A stretch of DNA of 64,000 nucleotides, taken from Amoebidium appalachense (taxonomy: Eukaryota; Protista; Ichthyosporea). Positions 52,059-64,000 of this stretch are shown here, in pieces (the first letter of the stretch is position 1; each line of letters begins with the position of its first letter). Below the pieces are notes generated by a model. That model was not told the origin of the DNA. It worked only from the letters and a program-made list of their open reading frames with translations, and ran no database searches. The DNA is taken from positions 3,763,375 through 3,827,374 of the forward strand of contig CAVNZM010000017.1 in assembly GCA_963693365.1 (NCBI GenBank), written 5' to 3'. The position numbers and the translations under genes are program-made.

Positions 52059-54992
52059 CTACTGTTTCCCCATACGACCCTCCCCACCACCCGCACCCCC
52101 ACCGCTCCCACCAGCCCCATCTTGGTCATCCGGTCTCTCTTCCACACTCTTTCTTCTCATCTCAATCGTCCTATCATCACTTTCAACCGAATCCCTCGCA
52201 AGTGCCTCTGAATCAGACAGTCTTCTCTGGCTGTTCTTAGCTCTCCTTTTCCTCGTGTAGCTATCCTCTATCTCCCAGTTTTGCTGCGTGGGGCGTGCAG
52301 GCTGTGGGCTGACAAGGTCAAAGCGTACTACACTTGGACGGCCACCCCCATCGCGAGGGGGGGCTGTGTAGCCTGCTGTGTTGTCTTCCATGTTTATGGA
52401 TATGCCCCCGGAGTCGGAGGATGCACGTCCTCCACCGGCATTGTAGCCAGTGTTTGCCTGCGTCATGGTGCGGTTGCTGCAGTCGTGGAGCAGTAACGGT
52501 TAGTATTGGTTGCAGAAAACACCCCTTGCATCACTATATACACACAGAAAAAAGGAGAGATAAGGACAAAGAAAACACCATCACCAGCAAGTGTGCACAT
52601 GCCCACGCCCACACACGCCCACACACACACACGCAACGGCATGCACACCCACACACCACCGTCTTCCACAAGCCTCTGGCCTTCGTCTACATGTATGGGC
52701 ACCGCTGCACGCACACGTGCATTCACGTACACACACCCACCACCATGCACCCACCCGCCCAGACTTCATGCAACTGCATGAGGTTGTGTGCGCGTGCCAC
52801 AGCGTGTACAGGAGCCCCTGTGTGTAACTATGTGTGTGTGCACGTGTATATGTGCGTGCGTACGTGTGTGCACGTGTGTGTGTGTGTGCATGTGTCTGTG
52901 CATGTGTATGTGCATGTGTGTGTGCATGTGTGTCTGTCTGTGTGTGTGCATGTGTATGTGCATGTGTGTCTGTCTGTGTGTGTGCATGTGTATGTGCATG
53001 TGTGTCTGTCTGTGTGTCTGTGTGTTTTGTTGCGGTCACTCACCGCCTCCTATCCTCATCATCATCCTCCTCGCTTGATGACTGGAACCCCATGCGGGCT
53101 GGGTCGTCCACAAACGACCGCCGCAGGTTGCCGATCGTGTGCAGCGGCAGATGCACCTCCTGTTACCAGCGACGTATGGTGGGTGAGTGCATGGCAACAA
53201 AGGTTTAATACATGTTGCATATAATTCCAATATCTTGTGTGAGTAATCTCTATGCAAATCAGCTTAATAACTTCAAGGAGACCAGAAGTTCCATGTGAAG
53301 GCGACAAACTGAGCAGGGAACGGCCTGTATGCCCCAGAGATGGTGTCACACCACCAGCACCCACATGTACCCGTTCATCTTCCTCTCCTTAAGTTAACAA
53401 CTTTGCACTCACATTTCTTCCCGGCGAAACTCCTAAATCCAGACAGAGAAAGCAACATATTGCACATCAAAGCAGTGACCCAACCAATACACGGACACGG
53501 ACACAAGCACACAAGGAAGGCTCTCTTATCAACAGAACCGCCAGAGCAGCCACACAAGCACCCGCCTGTGCCAAAACTTCTATTTTCTTTAGTCCACCCA
53601 TTCAACTAAAACCACCGAGCAATATATGACGTCATCTTCATGGGGATAGGGTTACCTTTAGCTTGTTGACCAGTGTCTCCCTCCATGCGGGGAAGTCTTT
53701 CAGCACTTCTTCAAAGTCCCACCGGGTCAGCACAAACTGTAGCCCACGATATTAATAGCCACACCAATGCTCGATTGCGCACCAAACTCAAAAGAGATAG
53801 CCAATAACACCCCGCTTCTTCTTTGCTTCTGTTGTTTCCCTGTTAAATGTCCCGGTGGCTACCCCCCCCCCCCCCCCCCCCCCCCCCTTTCCAAAAAAAA
53901 AAAAAAAAAGGAAAAAAAAAGAAAAAAAAAAAAAGGATTCCAGAATGTGCAAAGGGCCATGCATGGGCCCACGAGAGAGCTGCTACGAGTAGGCCTCGGA
54001 TGCATAAGGCTGCCACGTGCGCATTCCGTGGTTGTGGTTGTGGTTGTGGTGGTGGTGGTGGTGGTGGTGGTGGTGGTGGTGGTGGTGGTGGTGGTGGTGG
54101 TGGTTGTGGTTGTGGTGGTGGTGGTGGTGGTGGTGGTGGTGGTGGTGGTGGTGGTTGTGGTTGTGGTTGTGGTGGTGGTGGTGGTGGTGGTGGTGGTGGT
54201 TGTGGTTGTGGTTGTGGTTGTGGTGGTGGTGGTGGTTGTGGTGGTGGTGGTGGTTGTGGTTGTGGTTGTGGTGGTGGTGGTGGTGGTGGTGGTGGTGGTG
54301 GTGGTGGTGGTGGTGGTGGTGGTGGTGGTGGTGGTGGTGGTGGTTGTGGTGGTGGTGGTGGTGGTGGTGGTGGTGGTGGTGGTGGTGGTTGTGGTTGTGG
54401 TTGTGGTTGTGGTGGTGGTGGTGGTGGTGGTGGTTGTGGTTGTGGTTGTGGTTGTGGTGGTGGTGGTGGTTGTGGTGGTGGTGGTGGTTGTGGTTGTGGT
54501 TGTGGTGGTGGTGGTGGTGGTGGTGGTGGTGGTGGTGGTGGTGGTGGTGGTGGTGGTGGTGGTGGTGGTGGTGGTGGTTGTGGTTGTGGTTGTGGTGGTG
54601 GTGGTGGTGGTGGTGGTGGTGGTGGTGGTGGTGGTGGTGGTGGTGGTGGTGGTGGTGGTGGTGGTGGTGGTGGTGGTGGTGGTGGTGGTGGTGGTGGTGG
54701 TGGTGGTGGTGGTGGTGGTGGTGGGGAGGTTGGGGGGGAGAAGGACAGAGTGCATGGCTTCAGTGCTTCGCCAGGTAGTCCAAGGGCCAAACACACATAA
54801 ACTGAGGAATGGACGACCGATGTGTGCTTTTGTGTGTGTGAAAGCTTGTGTGCACGCATGTGTGCATGCAGGCGTACATGGGTGCGCGTGAACACGTGTG
54901 TATGTGAGGTGCATGCATGTGTGTGGGTATAGGCGCGCACACGTGCGTGTGTAAGAGATGGGTGTGTACGGACACCTGTGGTTTCAAGGGGG

Positions 54993-55065
<73 letters not shown>

Positions 55066-56793
55066 ATGTGCGCGCATGTGTGTGCATGTACGTGCGCGCG
55101 TATGTGTGTGTGAGTGGGTTTAAATAATCCGTTGCACCGCGTGCACCTATATACGCACCAAGTCGCAGTCCTCCATGGCCTCCATTACAACCTTGTGTCT
55201 CCTCATGGGCCCTATCAGCATGTTGGCTCCGTACCACGCACCAACAGGCCCAACTGTAAAACAGAACACAAACAAGTCAGTTTGCTGCTCTATGCAAACA
55301 CCCAAAAACAGAATGCGCACAGGGATGCACAACACCCCAAAGCATGGCGCAGCCAAACACACAACAACCGTGATCACACACACACACAGACAGACACACA
55401 AACACACACACACCCACGCATCCAGCCCCAGCCCCACCCACCACCCACCCCACCCATCCAAGCTAATTTGGCTCAACCACCCTATGGCCTTCAGGCACAC
55501 GGGCAAGGAACACCGGCACCACCGTCACCTATGCCCTTACACCCTCATCTCTGGACTCTTCTGCACTCTGCTTCAAAAACAAACCTTCCACATACCAAGT
55601 ATTTCACATAGACGTTGTTCCCCCCTCCCCCCCATCTCTGCCAATCCCCACAAGGACTATCACCAGCATTATATCCCACTTTCTCGTATGTATGCACAGA
55701 TGCACACGTACCTAGTGTGCGCACGCAGCAGCCTGGGTGGTTGATGAGGAAGGTGCCTCGCTGCAGATAGAAGGCATGGTTGCCCACCCGCCCATATTCG
55801 GCCCACTGCTCCCCCGTCACACAGTACGTCCACTGTAGACCCAACAAACTTGAGTTAGCAATGTGCAAACACCCTTGGTGTGGGACACCACGACATGGCA
55901 TCTGGCTATATCATCTAAATAGCTGTAAGTAAAACTACGTTACTAATGTTAAGCACACACACACACTCTGGTACTATGATAGCGACAAATTGATATGCAT
56001 TTGTATGTTATATACAATACAACAATTAACACATGTATATGTGTGCGCGCGCGAGGGTGCACACACACACACACACACATACACACACAACCACCCCCTC
56101 TCCCCCCCCCCCCCCCCCCCCACCTACCCACACCCACCGACCAACCCACCCACACCCACACTCCCAGAGCCCACACACACGATACCTGAAGCCTTGCAGC
56201 CAGCTGTCTCAGCACGTCTATCTCCACATCCTCCCCAAAAAGCAGTGCCAGCTTCTCGTAGTGCGCATACGTCACAACGTCCTTGCTACTCACACCAAAC
56301 ACCCGTCAGCTCTTGCCATCCCCCCCCCCCCCCCCCCCCCCCCAACCTTTGCGTCCACACATGACACACAAGCTCCTGACTATGGATAGTTAGCAGGCTG
56401 TTTCGGTATAATCTTCCCTCTTGCCACCAAGCACGAGCCAGCAAGGTGTAAAAAAAAGTCGTTAGAAACAGTAGGTGGTAGCCTCCTCACGGGTGTAAAA
56501 AAAAGTCGTTAGAAACAGTTGGTGGTAGCCTCCTCCCGGGTGGGTGGGTGGGGGGGGGGGGGGGGGGGGGGGGTGTGAAGGGGGAGGGCACATACACGAG
56601 ATGGCGCGGAAAGCCGCCAAAGACATAGGAGGCATCGAAGCGTGCGCGCAGGTGCTGTCGGTGGTGGGAGTAGTGCCAGATGCGCTTCTCCATCTCCTTG
56701 GGCATCGTGTTCTGCGCAAAAACACATCATCAGTGTGGCCCTTACACACAGCAAGCATCCCAGTTTAAAAAAAAAAGGGGGGTAAAGGGGGAA

Positions 56794-56828
<35 letters not shown>

Positions 56829-58079
56829 GGGGTACGAAAGATGCAGAAGAAAAGTAATAGAAGGAAAACAACAAAAGGAAAGATGCCGATGTGAGAATGT
56901 GCATAAGTGTGTTTGGGTGAGGAAAAAAAAAAGCGGAAGAGAGACATAGGGAGGAGGGACAGGGGGGCGGAGCGGTGGGGGGGAGAGGAAGGGGGCTGAG
57001 GGGGGGGGGGGTGAGCAAAATGGGAGGGGAGGGAAGGCGAGGAGTTTGAATGAAGCCCAGCATACAACACACAGTGACACCTGTACAAGCTACTGAGCAC
57101 AGAAACACAGACACACTGGACACGTACGTTGTCAATGTACTGGCGGATAGCCTTTGTCTTCTGGATGTTGCTGATGTAGAACGAGTAGAACGTCGACACG
57201 AGGGACACCACGTAACCAAAGATGAACGCATCCAGAAACCCTGCGCCAAAAAAACACGCTCAGCATTTCTTAACACTAAAACGGCACTTATAAATAAACG
57301 GCGCGCCTTGTATGGTCATGCTTAGAAACTGGCCTTTATATAGGCAGAAAGAAATAGTTATGGGGGAAGTAAACAGTAATCGGTGACCTTCCTACTGATG
57401 CCAGTCCTTCACATCACAATATATCGGCTTTCTTATACGTTGACATGTTTACGTATGAGATTGCGGGCAAGTGTGTCGTCCACTGTTACACATGTGGGGC
57501 TATCACACGCACACATACAAAACCACATAAAGCCATAAAGAAAGTCATACAGCCTCACGGGCGGAGGTAAATGGGGAAAGGTAGAGCAGGAAAAGACGAA
57601 CAACATGTGCGCGGGCTCCATATTACGGAGTTTCATCCTACTAAAAGGCTGGAGTTCGTGCCGATGCTGTAGGGCGGGAGCATGTTTGGGGGCAGCAGAA
57701 GGGGAAAGTGGGGTTGAAGAGATACTTCCGTGCAGAGATAGATGTAAGAAGTGATTTTTTTTTCTTTGACACGGTGGTGTCTGAATGAAAGGAGATGAGA
57801 AGTTAGGAGAGCAGAGGATGTAGATAGAAGGTGAAGCGAGGCAGGGAAGGTCACATTGTGAAATCTTCTTGTGGTTTTTTTTATTTTTAATTAATATTTA
57901 ATATTTTTTATTATTTTTATTTTCATTTTGTTTTTCTGGTCAGTTTATAGGGAATGCAGGGCGCTTACCGGTGAAAAGCAGGACGGTGTTTGTGAACCAG
58001 CGCTGCTTCATAGACCTGGGCACAATGTCACCATACCCTGCAGACACACGGTCAGACGGTGAAGAAGGGGGGGGGGGGG

Positions 58080-58124
<45 letters not shown>

Positions 58125-58233
58125 GGGGGGGGGGGAGGGAGGGAGAGGGGGGAAGAGACAGGGAGACAGAGAGGCATCCGGGAGAGTGGGGTGGGTGGGT
58201 GGCGGGAGGGGGGAAGGGGGAGGGAGGGTGTGT

Positions 58234-58264
<31 letters not shown>

Positions 58265-58605
58265 GGGGGGGGGGGAAGGGAAAAGATAGAAAGGCACAGC
58301 ACTGACATTAGGTTATTATGGTCAGCCGGCCTAGGTCAGTAGGCAGGCAGCCTGGACACAAGTACGTGGAGGGACTCATGGGATACATGTGCAAACCCAT
58401 TCTTTCGAATACACTGCTGCTGCATGCATGCCACAAAGATAAGTAAAGGACTGGCACACATGCAAACATAATAAGCATCGTTGTGGAAGTCGAGCACAGT
58501 AGAATGAGCTCCTTTTCCTCTTTTCTTTTCTTTTTCTTTCCTTGCCCTTTTTCTTTTGTTGGAAGCGGTGGGGTGGGAGGGATGGGGTGGGGTGGTGGTG
58601 GTGGT

Positions 58606-58648
<43 letters not shown>

Positions 58649-59105
58649 CTAACCCAAGGTTGTAATGGTGACGACCACGTAGTAGACACACACGGTGTAC
58701 TGGAAGAACATGGACTTGTCGTACATGAACACAGACATCTGCAGCCACTAAAGGTCAGGGAAAAAAAAAACAAAAAAAAAAACCCAACAGAAACCCCGAA
58801 CTAAAACACACACATGGCGACAGCAATTATTCGCCCTCCCTTCGGCCACTATACGACTACAGAACGGGATGCAAGAAACCGGGTAGACCCCCCCTCCACC
58901 TCCCTCCCTCGCCCCCCCGTTTTTGGCCAGACAGCAAGGCACATGCCTGGGTTCAGATAGATGCATGAAGGTATGGGGGGACGCACAGCTTCTTGGTTGG
59001 GGAACTCGGCAAGAGAAGGCCATTCAGACGGGTCAGCCGACCGTGCAAGGTACCACCAGATGCAGGCCAACTGCAGGGGTTTTCGGGGGGGGAGGGGGGG
59101 TTACA

Positions 59106-59136
<31 letters not shown>

Positions 59137-59683
59137 GGGGGAGGGGGGGTTACATGTGTGTGTGTGTGTGTGTGTGTTTGTGTGTGTGCGCGCGCGTGTG
59201 TATGTGTGTGTGTGTTGTTTTGGAGGGGGGGAGAGGAGAGGGAGTGTCCATCAGTATGTGTCGATGGTTGCCTGATGGAAGTAACCTCTACACATGCACA
59301 CAGACACACAACAAAACACTAAGGGTTTTATTTATGTCTGGCGTGAGCAATGTGGTACAGACTGCTCGGGAGCAAGGAAAAGCAAGCAACAGGCGGCTAT
59401 TTCAGCCAATCTCAACACGTATACTCCCCCTTTTTTGGCTGACCCAATACCCTCGCATTTTTACAATTCCATGCACACACGTGCTTGCTCACCTAGGCCT
59501 TGCGGACGCCATGCGCACACGCTTGTAAGTGTACATGAGATTAAAGTGCAGTTCAAAATATTGAAAGCCTAGTGAACGAGAGTGATGTAGGTAGTTACTA
59601 CTGCTATGCTGCCACTGTCCATGTTCCAATGCCATCCTCTTGGGGTGTGCGTGTGCGTGCGTGTGAGTGTGCGTGCGTGCGTG

Positions 59684-59753
<70 letters not shown>

Positions 59754-60300
59754 TGGGAAACAGGCAAACATACCCCGTTGACGAGACACACGTAGCCCAC
59801 AAAGATCAATCCGATGCGGACCCAAGTAAGCAGGGCCGCATTGAGAGACTTAATCGAAGTCATCAGGTGGCGCAGGGACACGAGACGGAGAATTTTGAAC
59901 AGCTGCAAGCCTGACGGGTAGGACCGGTGCAGCTCAAATAGGCCCCAAGGCAGGCAGCTGATTAGGTCCAGACTGGCCCAGGTCTGTAAGGATAAAAAAT
60001 AAAAATAAAAAAATAAAAAAAAAGGATAAATGGGGCATTTCATCTGTTCTTATTAAATATAATGGCACGATTTTTTATTTTTATTTTTTAAAAAAATAAT
60101 AAAAAATAAAAAGGAAGTTACACCATATATAGTTTAAGTCAATCATTGATTCTGGCGTAGATTTGGAATTATAAAATGACGTCATGTTGCGGAATTCCAA
60201 CTTAGAGCCCAACCCGGCAAACCGTCTCAAGCGCACACACCTGGCCAACATACCCATGCATGCACGCACGCATGCACGCACACATGCACGCACGCACCCA

Positions 60301-60338
<38 letters not shown>

Positions 60339-60638
60339 GAGAAGGGTGGGGAGGGGGAGGGGGGGGGTTGTTAGCGCACACCTCGATATAGTGGCGCACG
60401 ACCTGTTTCTGATTCATAATCAGGTTCCTGTTGTCATCCACGTACCCTGTGCACATGCCCAGTCAGCATCATAAACCACATATACTAGTGTGGACATGTG
60501 GACCCCGAGAAAACCCACCCATCTCCTTTCCGCACATGCCTTCACTCTCCGCCTCCCGGTCTACACACACGCACACGCGAGCACACAGACACACACGTGC
60601 TTGTGTGTGTCCCCCTTCTGCTCGGTTCTGCCCCCCCC

Positions 60639-60670
<32 letters not shown>

Positions 60671-62730
60671 AAAAAAAAAAACACTAAAAAACAAAAGCCC
60701 CACAAGCTCTCACACTCCCACTCCAAACGTCTACAACAAAACCACCAATATGTTCCCAAGCACCTTATATAACCCAAACGGAAACCCATATAAAACACAC
60801 CTAATAACACTGTAGTCACATTGCCTACCTTTAAAGAACTGAATTGCAAAGTCAAACATAAACAGTATGTCCACCAGCACTGAAACGGTCTTGGATGCCG
60901 TGGTGGCGAACTGCCACGCCACAAGAATGGGTGTCTGTGCACACGCAAACCTGTTAGAAAGTCCAGCGAGAACCATGTAAAACGTATCTTTTCATGTGCA
61001 AAACATTACCAGCCAACCATGTTCACTATATGGCCATTGTGTTGCACACAAGTAGCATGTGCCTGCCCGGTCACAGCAACAACCACTGCAACAGAAACAA
61101 AACTTCGCTACCGTGCGTCTTACTGTGAGTTTATGCGCTTCCCAACTTGAAGGAGCCAAGTTCAGCAAAGCCAGTACCGTATTTGCATTCAAACACTAGT
61201 GTTGTAAACAAGTTAACTCTAAACACTAAAACCATATTACTACGACAACAGCATGAACAACAAAATACACTCCCCAATTCAACACTGATACTAATATTTA
61301 TATCCAACATGATCATGAACACTGTTATTCACCCTAACACGTCAACATTCTTGCCATGACTTGTGAACAATGGTCTTGTAATAGATAGATTTACTGCAGC
61401 AAAACCCCTGCAAGCAGCACACGACCGCCAGACCCACCTGAAAGATGGCGACCAGAAGACCCAACAGCATGCAGACCCGCCACACAGACATGAACTGGGG
61501 GAAAAAAAGGAAAAAAAAGTCAGCATCACAACACCCCAGGAAACTGTTTCGTCTCTGGAATAAATCTACATTCATAGAAGAGGAATATTGATGGAAGGCA
61601 TCTGCCCCACCCCACAAAGACCGAAAACATGTAATAATACGACAACCCTGCCCAAATCATGCTACATCCTCTCGCTCTAATCCAAGCCCCCCTCCACCCC
61701 CTCCCTCCCAACAACCCAAGAAAAAAGCACAGATACAAACACAGACACAGACACAGACACACACACACACACACACAAGCCCACACGGACACACACACCG
61801 TCTAAACATGTATATGGAACACACATGAAAAAGCGGGCACTTTCATTAGTCGATCACAAAAACGTCCATCTGTCTACACCCACCCACGCATAGCCTTCAC
61901 TTATCCCCCCCCCCCCCCCCCCCCCGCCTTCCCCATCAACCATCCATTCACCCCACCACGCACATGCAACCCCCCCCCCCCCCCCCCCCCCCCCCCCAAA
62001 AGCACACACACGCACCAACCATCCATATTCACCCACCCAGGCACCTGGGCCCCCCCTCCCCTCCGCCCCCCCCCCCCCCCCCCCCCCCCCCCCGTCACTA
62101 AACGCCCATTCACCCACCCATACACATACCCCCCTCCCCCACAACAATCCCCACCTCCGGGCGCGCACAAATGCATCACTTTCCATCTACACTGCAGCCA
62201 CACCAATAAACACCACGATACACACACAGCACCCATGTGTACCTACCGAACTATCGGGATTGATGGGGCATTGCCGGCCCTGTGTGGACAATAGGTGTCA
62301 AAACCCCGCAACTATTGAAAATCCCCCTTCTGCCCTCCGGGTGTGTGTACAGTGCTTGCACCATCTGTCTGCACCAATCAGATTTTTGCAATCATATGAT
62401 TGGCCGGTAATGGGAAATCTATATAGGAATCGTTTGCTTCGCTCAAAAATTGACTTTTGAGAGTCAAACCGCCAGCCAATCGCATCGCGTAGACCTGCCT
62501 TGCTCCGATTGGTGCAGAAAGACGGTGCAAGCACTGTACACCCTCTCCCCTTCCTCCTGCCCCCCCCCCCCTCCCCCTCTTCCCCCCCCCCCCCCCCCCA
62601 CAAAAAAATAATAAATAAATAAAATTAAAAGTAAAATGAAAAACAAAAAATAAAACAGCACCGAACGCCCAGAACTTGCTGAACACATCCTCAACCACTG
62701 AGAGGCCGACTCCACATCTGATATCTTCAG

Positions 62731-62764
<34 letters not shown>

Positions 62765-62772
62765 CACACACA

Positions 62773-62822
<50 letters not shown>

Positions 62823-63510
62823 AAAAAGGGTTATTATAAACAAATAAATATACAAAAATAAATATACAGGTGGTGGTGGTGGTCGTGGAGTTGGCGTGTG
62901 TGAGTGAGTGTGAGTGTGAGTGTGAGTGTGTGAGTGTGTGTGTGTGTATGTGTGTGTGACACTGGTTGTGTGTGTGTGTACGGGAGGGAGGTGGGAGGTG
63001 GGAGATAATGTGCCCAGGTGTACTGCATATGTGGACACATGCGAGATAGCACAAGTGGCTGCATGTGGACACAACCAAGCATTTCTTCATGTGTAATGAC
63101 GTGCCTGTGCTTTCTTCGTGCACACAAGACGAAAGAACCTGCCAACACTCGACATAAACCACACAAACCCTCCCACCGTCAAACACCAAACACCAAACAC
63201 CAACCTTCACGTCCTGATCCATCGTCAGTGCCTCAATCCCCGCAGCCTCTATCGTAGGGTCAAACATCTTCCGAAACGAAGCAACACGCGGCATCCCAGG
63301 AACAGAAGTGACCGACAAAGGCCTACTCCTATCTTCGGACGTGGTAGGCATGTCCATGCTCATGGGGTTTGTAGAGTGAACACCCGTGCGTGTTGGGCTC
63401 CTCCAAGGAAAACGTGAGTTTTTTGTGATGGTGGCCTGGTTGGCCCCTGTGTAGTCTGTCCCCTCGTCGCTTCCATCGTCATCGTCGCCTTCGTCCCCCG
63501 CGGGGCCCAT
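52059..63510 (-). CDS. 6TM K+ channel with C-linker and cyclic-nucleotide-binding(-homology) domain (CNBD channel superfamily); 5' end probably outside the window
   Basis: Phase-consistent exons (minus): 63510-63205, 62724-62662 (tentative), 62279-62247, 61494-61438, 60934-60829, 60446-60382, 59983-59774, 59070-58987, 58738-58654, 58037-57969, 57240-57128, 56711-56596, 56285-56186, 55832-55712, 55253-55159, 53736-53656, 53159-53044, 52476-52059. Motifs [52 protein letters not shown]4 [21 protein letters not shown], pore [18 protein letters not shown]-linker [29 protein letters not shown]...[24 protein letters not shown]. Confidence 0.88.
54028..54723. repeat. ~700-bp (GGT)n array interspersed with (GGTTGT)n blocks, intronic
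   Basis: Direct inspection. It produces the artefactual poly-V/G/W/P/T ORFs. Confidence 0.97.
56445..56538. repeat. 47-bp tandem duplication (2 copies, 2 mismatches), intronic
   Basis: ggtgtaaaaaaaagtcgttagaaacagtWggtggtagcctcctcMcg at 56445-56491 and 56492-56538. Confidence 0.9.
62350..62536. mobile_element. Tc1/mariner-type MITE (187 bp) in a channel intron
   Basis: 33-bp terminal inverted repeats with 3 mismatches (CAGTGCTTGCACCATCTGTCTGCACCAATCAGA versus the reverse complement of 62504-62536), flanked by TA at 62348-62349 and 62537-62538. A CAGTG terminus plus TA duplication is typical of Tc1. No ORF. Confidence 0.85.
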
Positions 63511-64000
63511 CTGTGAAACAGGGAATGATAAGTTTTTTTTTTTTTTTAAAAAAAAACAATTAAACCTTCTTTCTTCTTGTTCTTCTACGTCTTCTTCTCC
63601 TTCTCCTTCTTCTTCTTCTTCTTCTTCTTCTTCTTCTTCTTCTTCTTTTCGGGGGGGGGGGGATTTGGTGAGGATTGGCGCCATGTGTGAATAGATGTCG
63701 CACCGACGAGAAAAAAAATTAATGTATGGAAGGGGGAGGTGTACGCATGCGTGTGAGGGCTGTGGGCAAAAGTGGAACTTAGAGGGTTACAGGGAAATGA
63801 GGATTGATAGAGGGACAACGGCACGGTCGAATAGCAACTCTGGATGGGTCATGATGAGGATAGTTCGACACAAGGCACCAGAGCAAAGGTATTGGGGGTA
63901 CGGGGGGAGGGGGGTGGCGGGAGCAGTGGGGGAGAAGAGGGGACGCGTAGGCAGGGGAATGGGTGGTGGTGGTGGTCATGGTGTTTTTCTTTCTTTCCAT

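Noticed and set aside
54028-54723. Interstitial telomeric repeat
   Set aside because: No TTAGGG-type unit; it is mainly a GGT trinucleotide repeat. The host telomere motif is unknown.
53767-55237. Long ORFs encoding poly-Val, -Gly, -Trp, -Pro or -Thr
   Set aside because: All derive from the stop-free (GGT)n array inside a channel intron.
56445-56538. CRISPR-like repeats (also the 38-bp array at 16761-16925)
   Set aside because: Head-to-tail tandem units without unique spacers, in eukaryotic introns, with no cas genes.

Overview
Intron-rich eukaryotic DNA, full of poly-G/poly-C runs and (CA)n/(GT)n repeats; most ORFs in the supplied track are repeat artefacts. The gene content (coronin-7, Aven, LARGE-type GT49) suggests a unicellular relative of animals, which is an inference. 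Manual splicing gives: a 27-exon coronin-7 (+, 959-17600, ~928 aa); a LARGE/B4GAT1-like GT49 glycosyltransferase (-, 18087-~25275); a 9-exon Aven-like gene (+, 28597-34449); three paralogous cAMP-receptor-like/Git3-type 7TM GPCR genes (+, -, and a + pseudogene); a decayed non-LTR reverse transcriptase element between GPCR copies 2 and 3; and a GYG K+ channel with a degenerate cyclic-nucleotide-binding domain (-, 52059 to at least 63510) carrying a Tc1-like MITE in an intron. The most unusual item is an unnamed hairpin-rich ~160-300 bp repeat with three copies in coronin-7 introns, all abutting C-tracts. Two copies are identical over 161 bp, inverted, and bracket three exons totalling 321 nt in frame, which predicts circRNA formation or exon skipping. 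Other notable signals are a gene-conversion tract among the GPCRs, CG>TA double transitions in the pseudogene, GCATGT splice donors, and branch-point-led acceptors lacking pyrimidine tracts.
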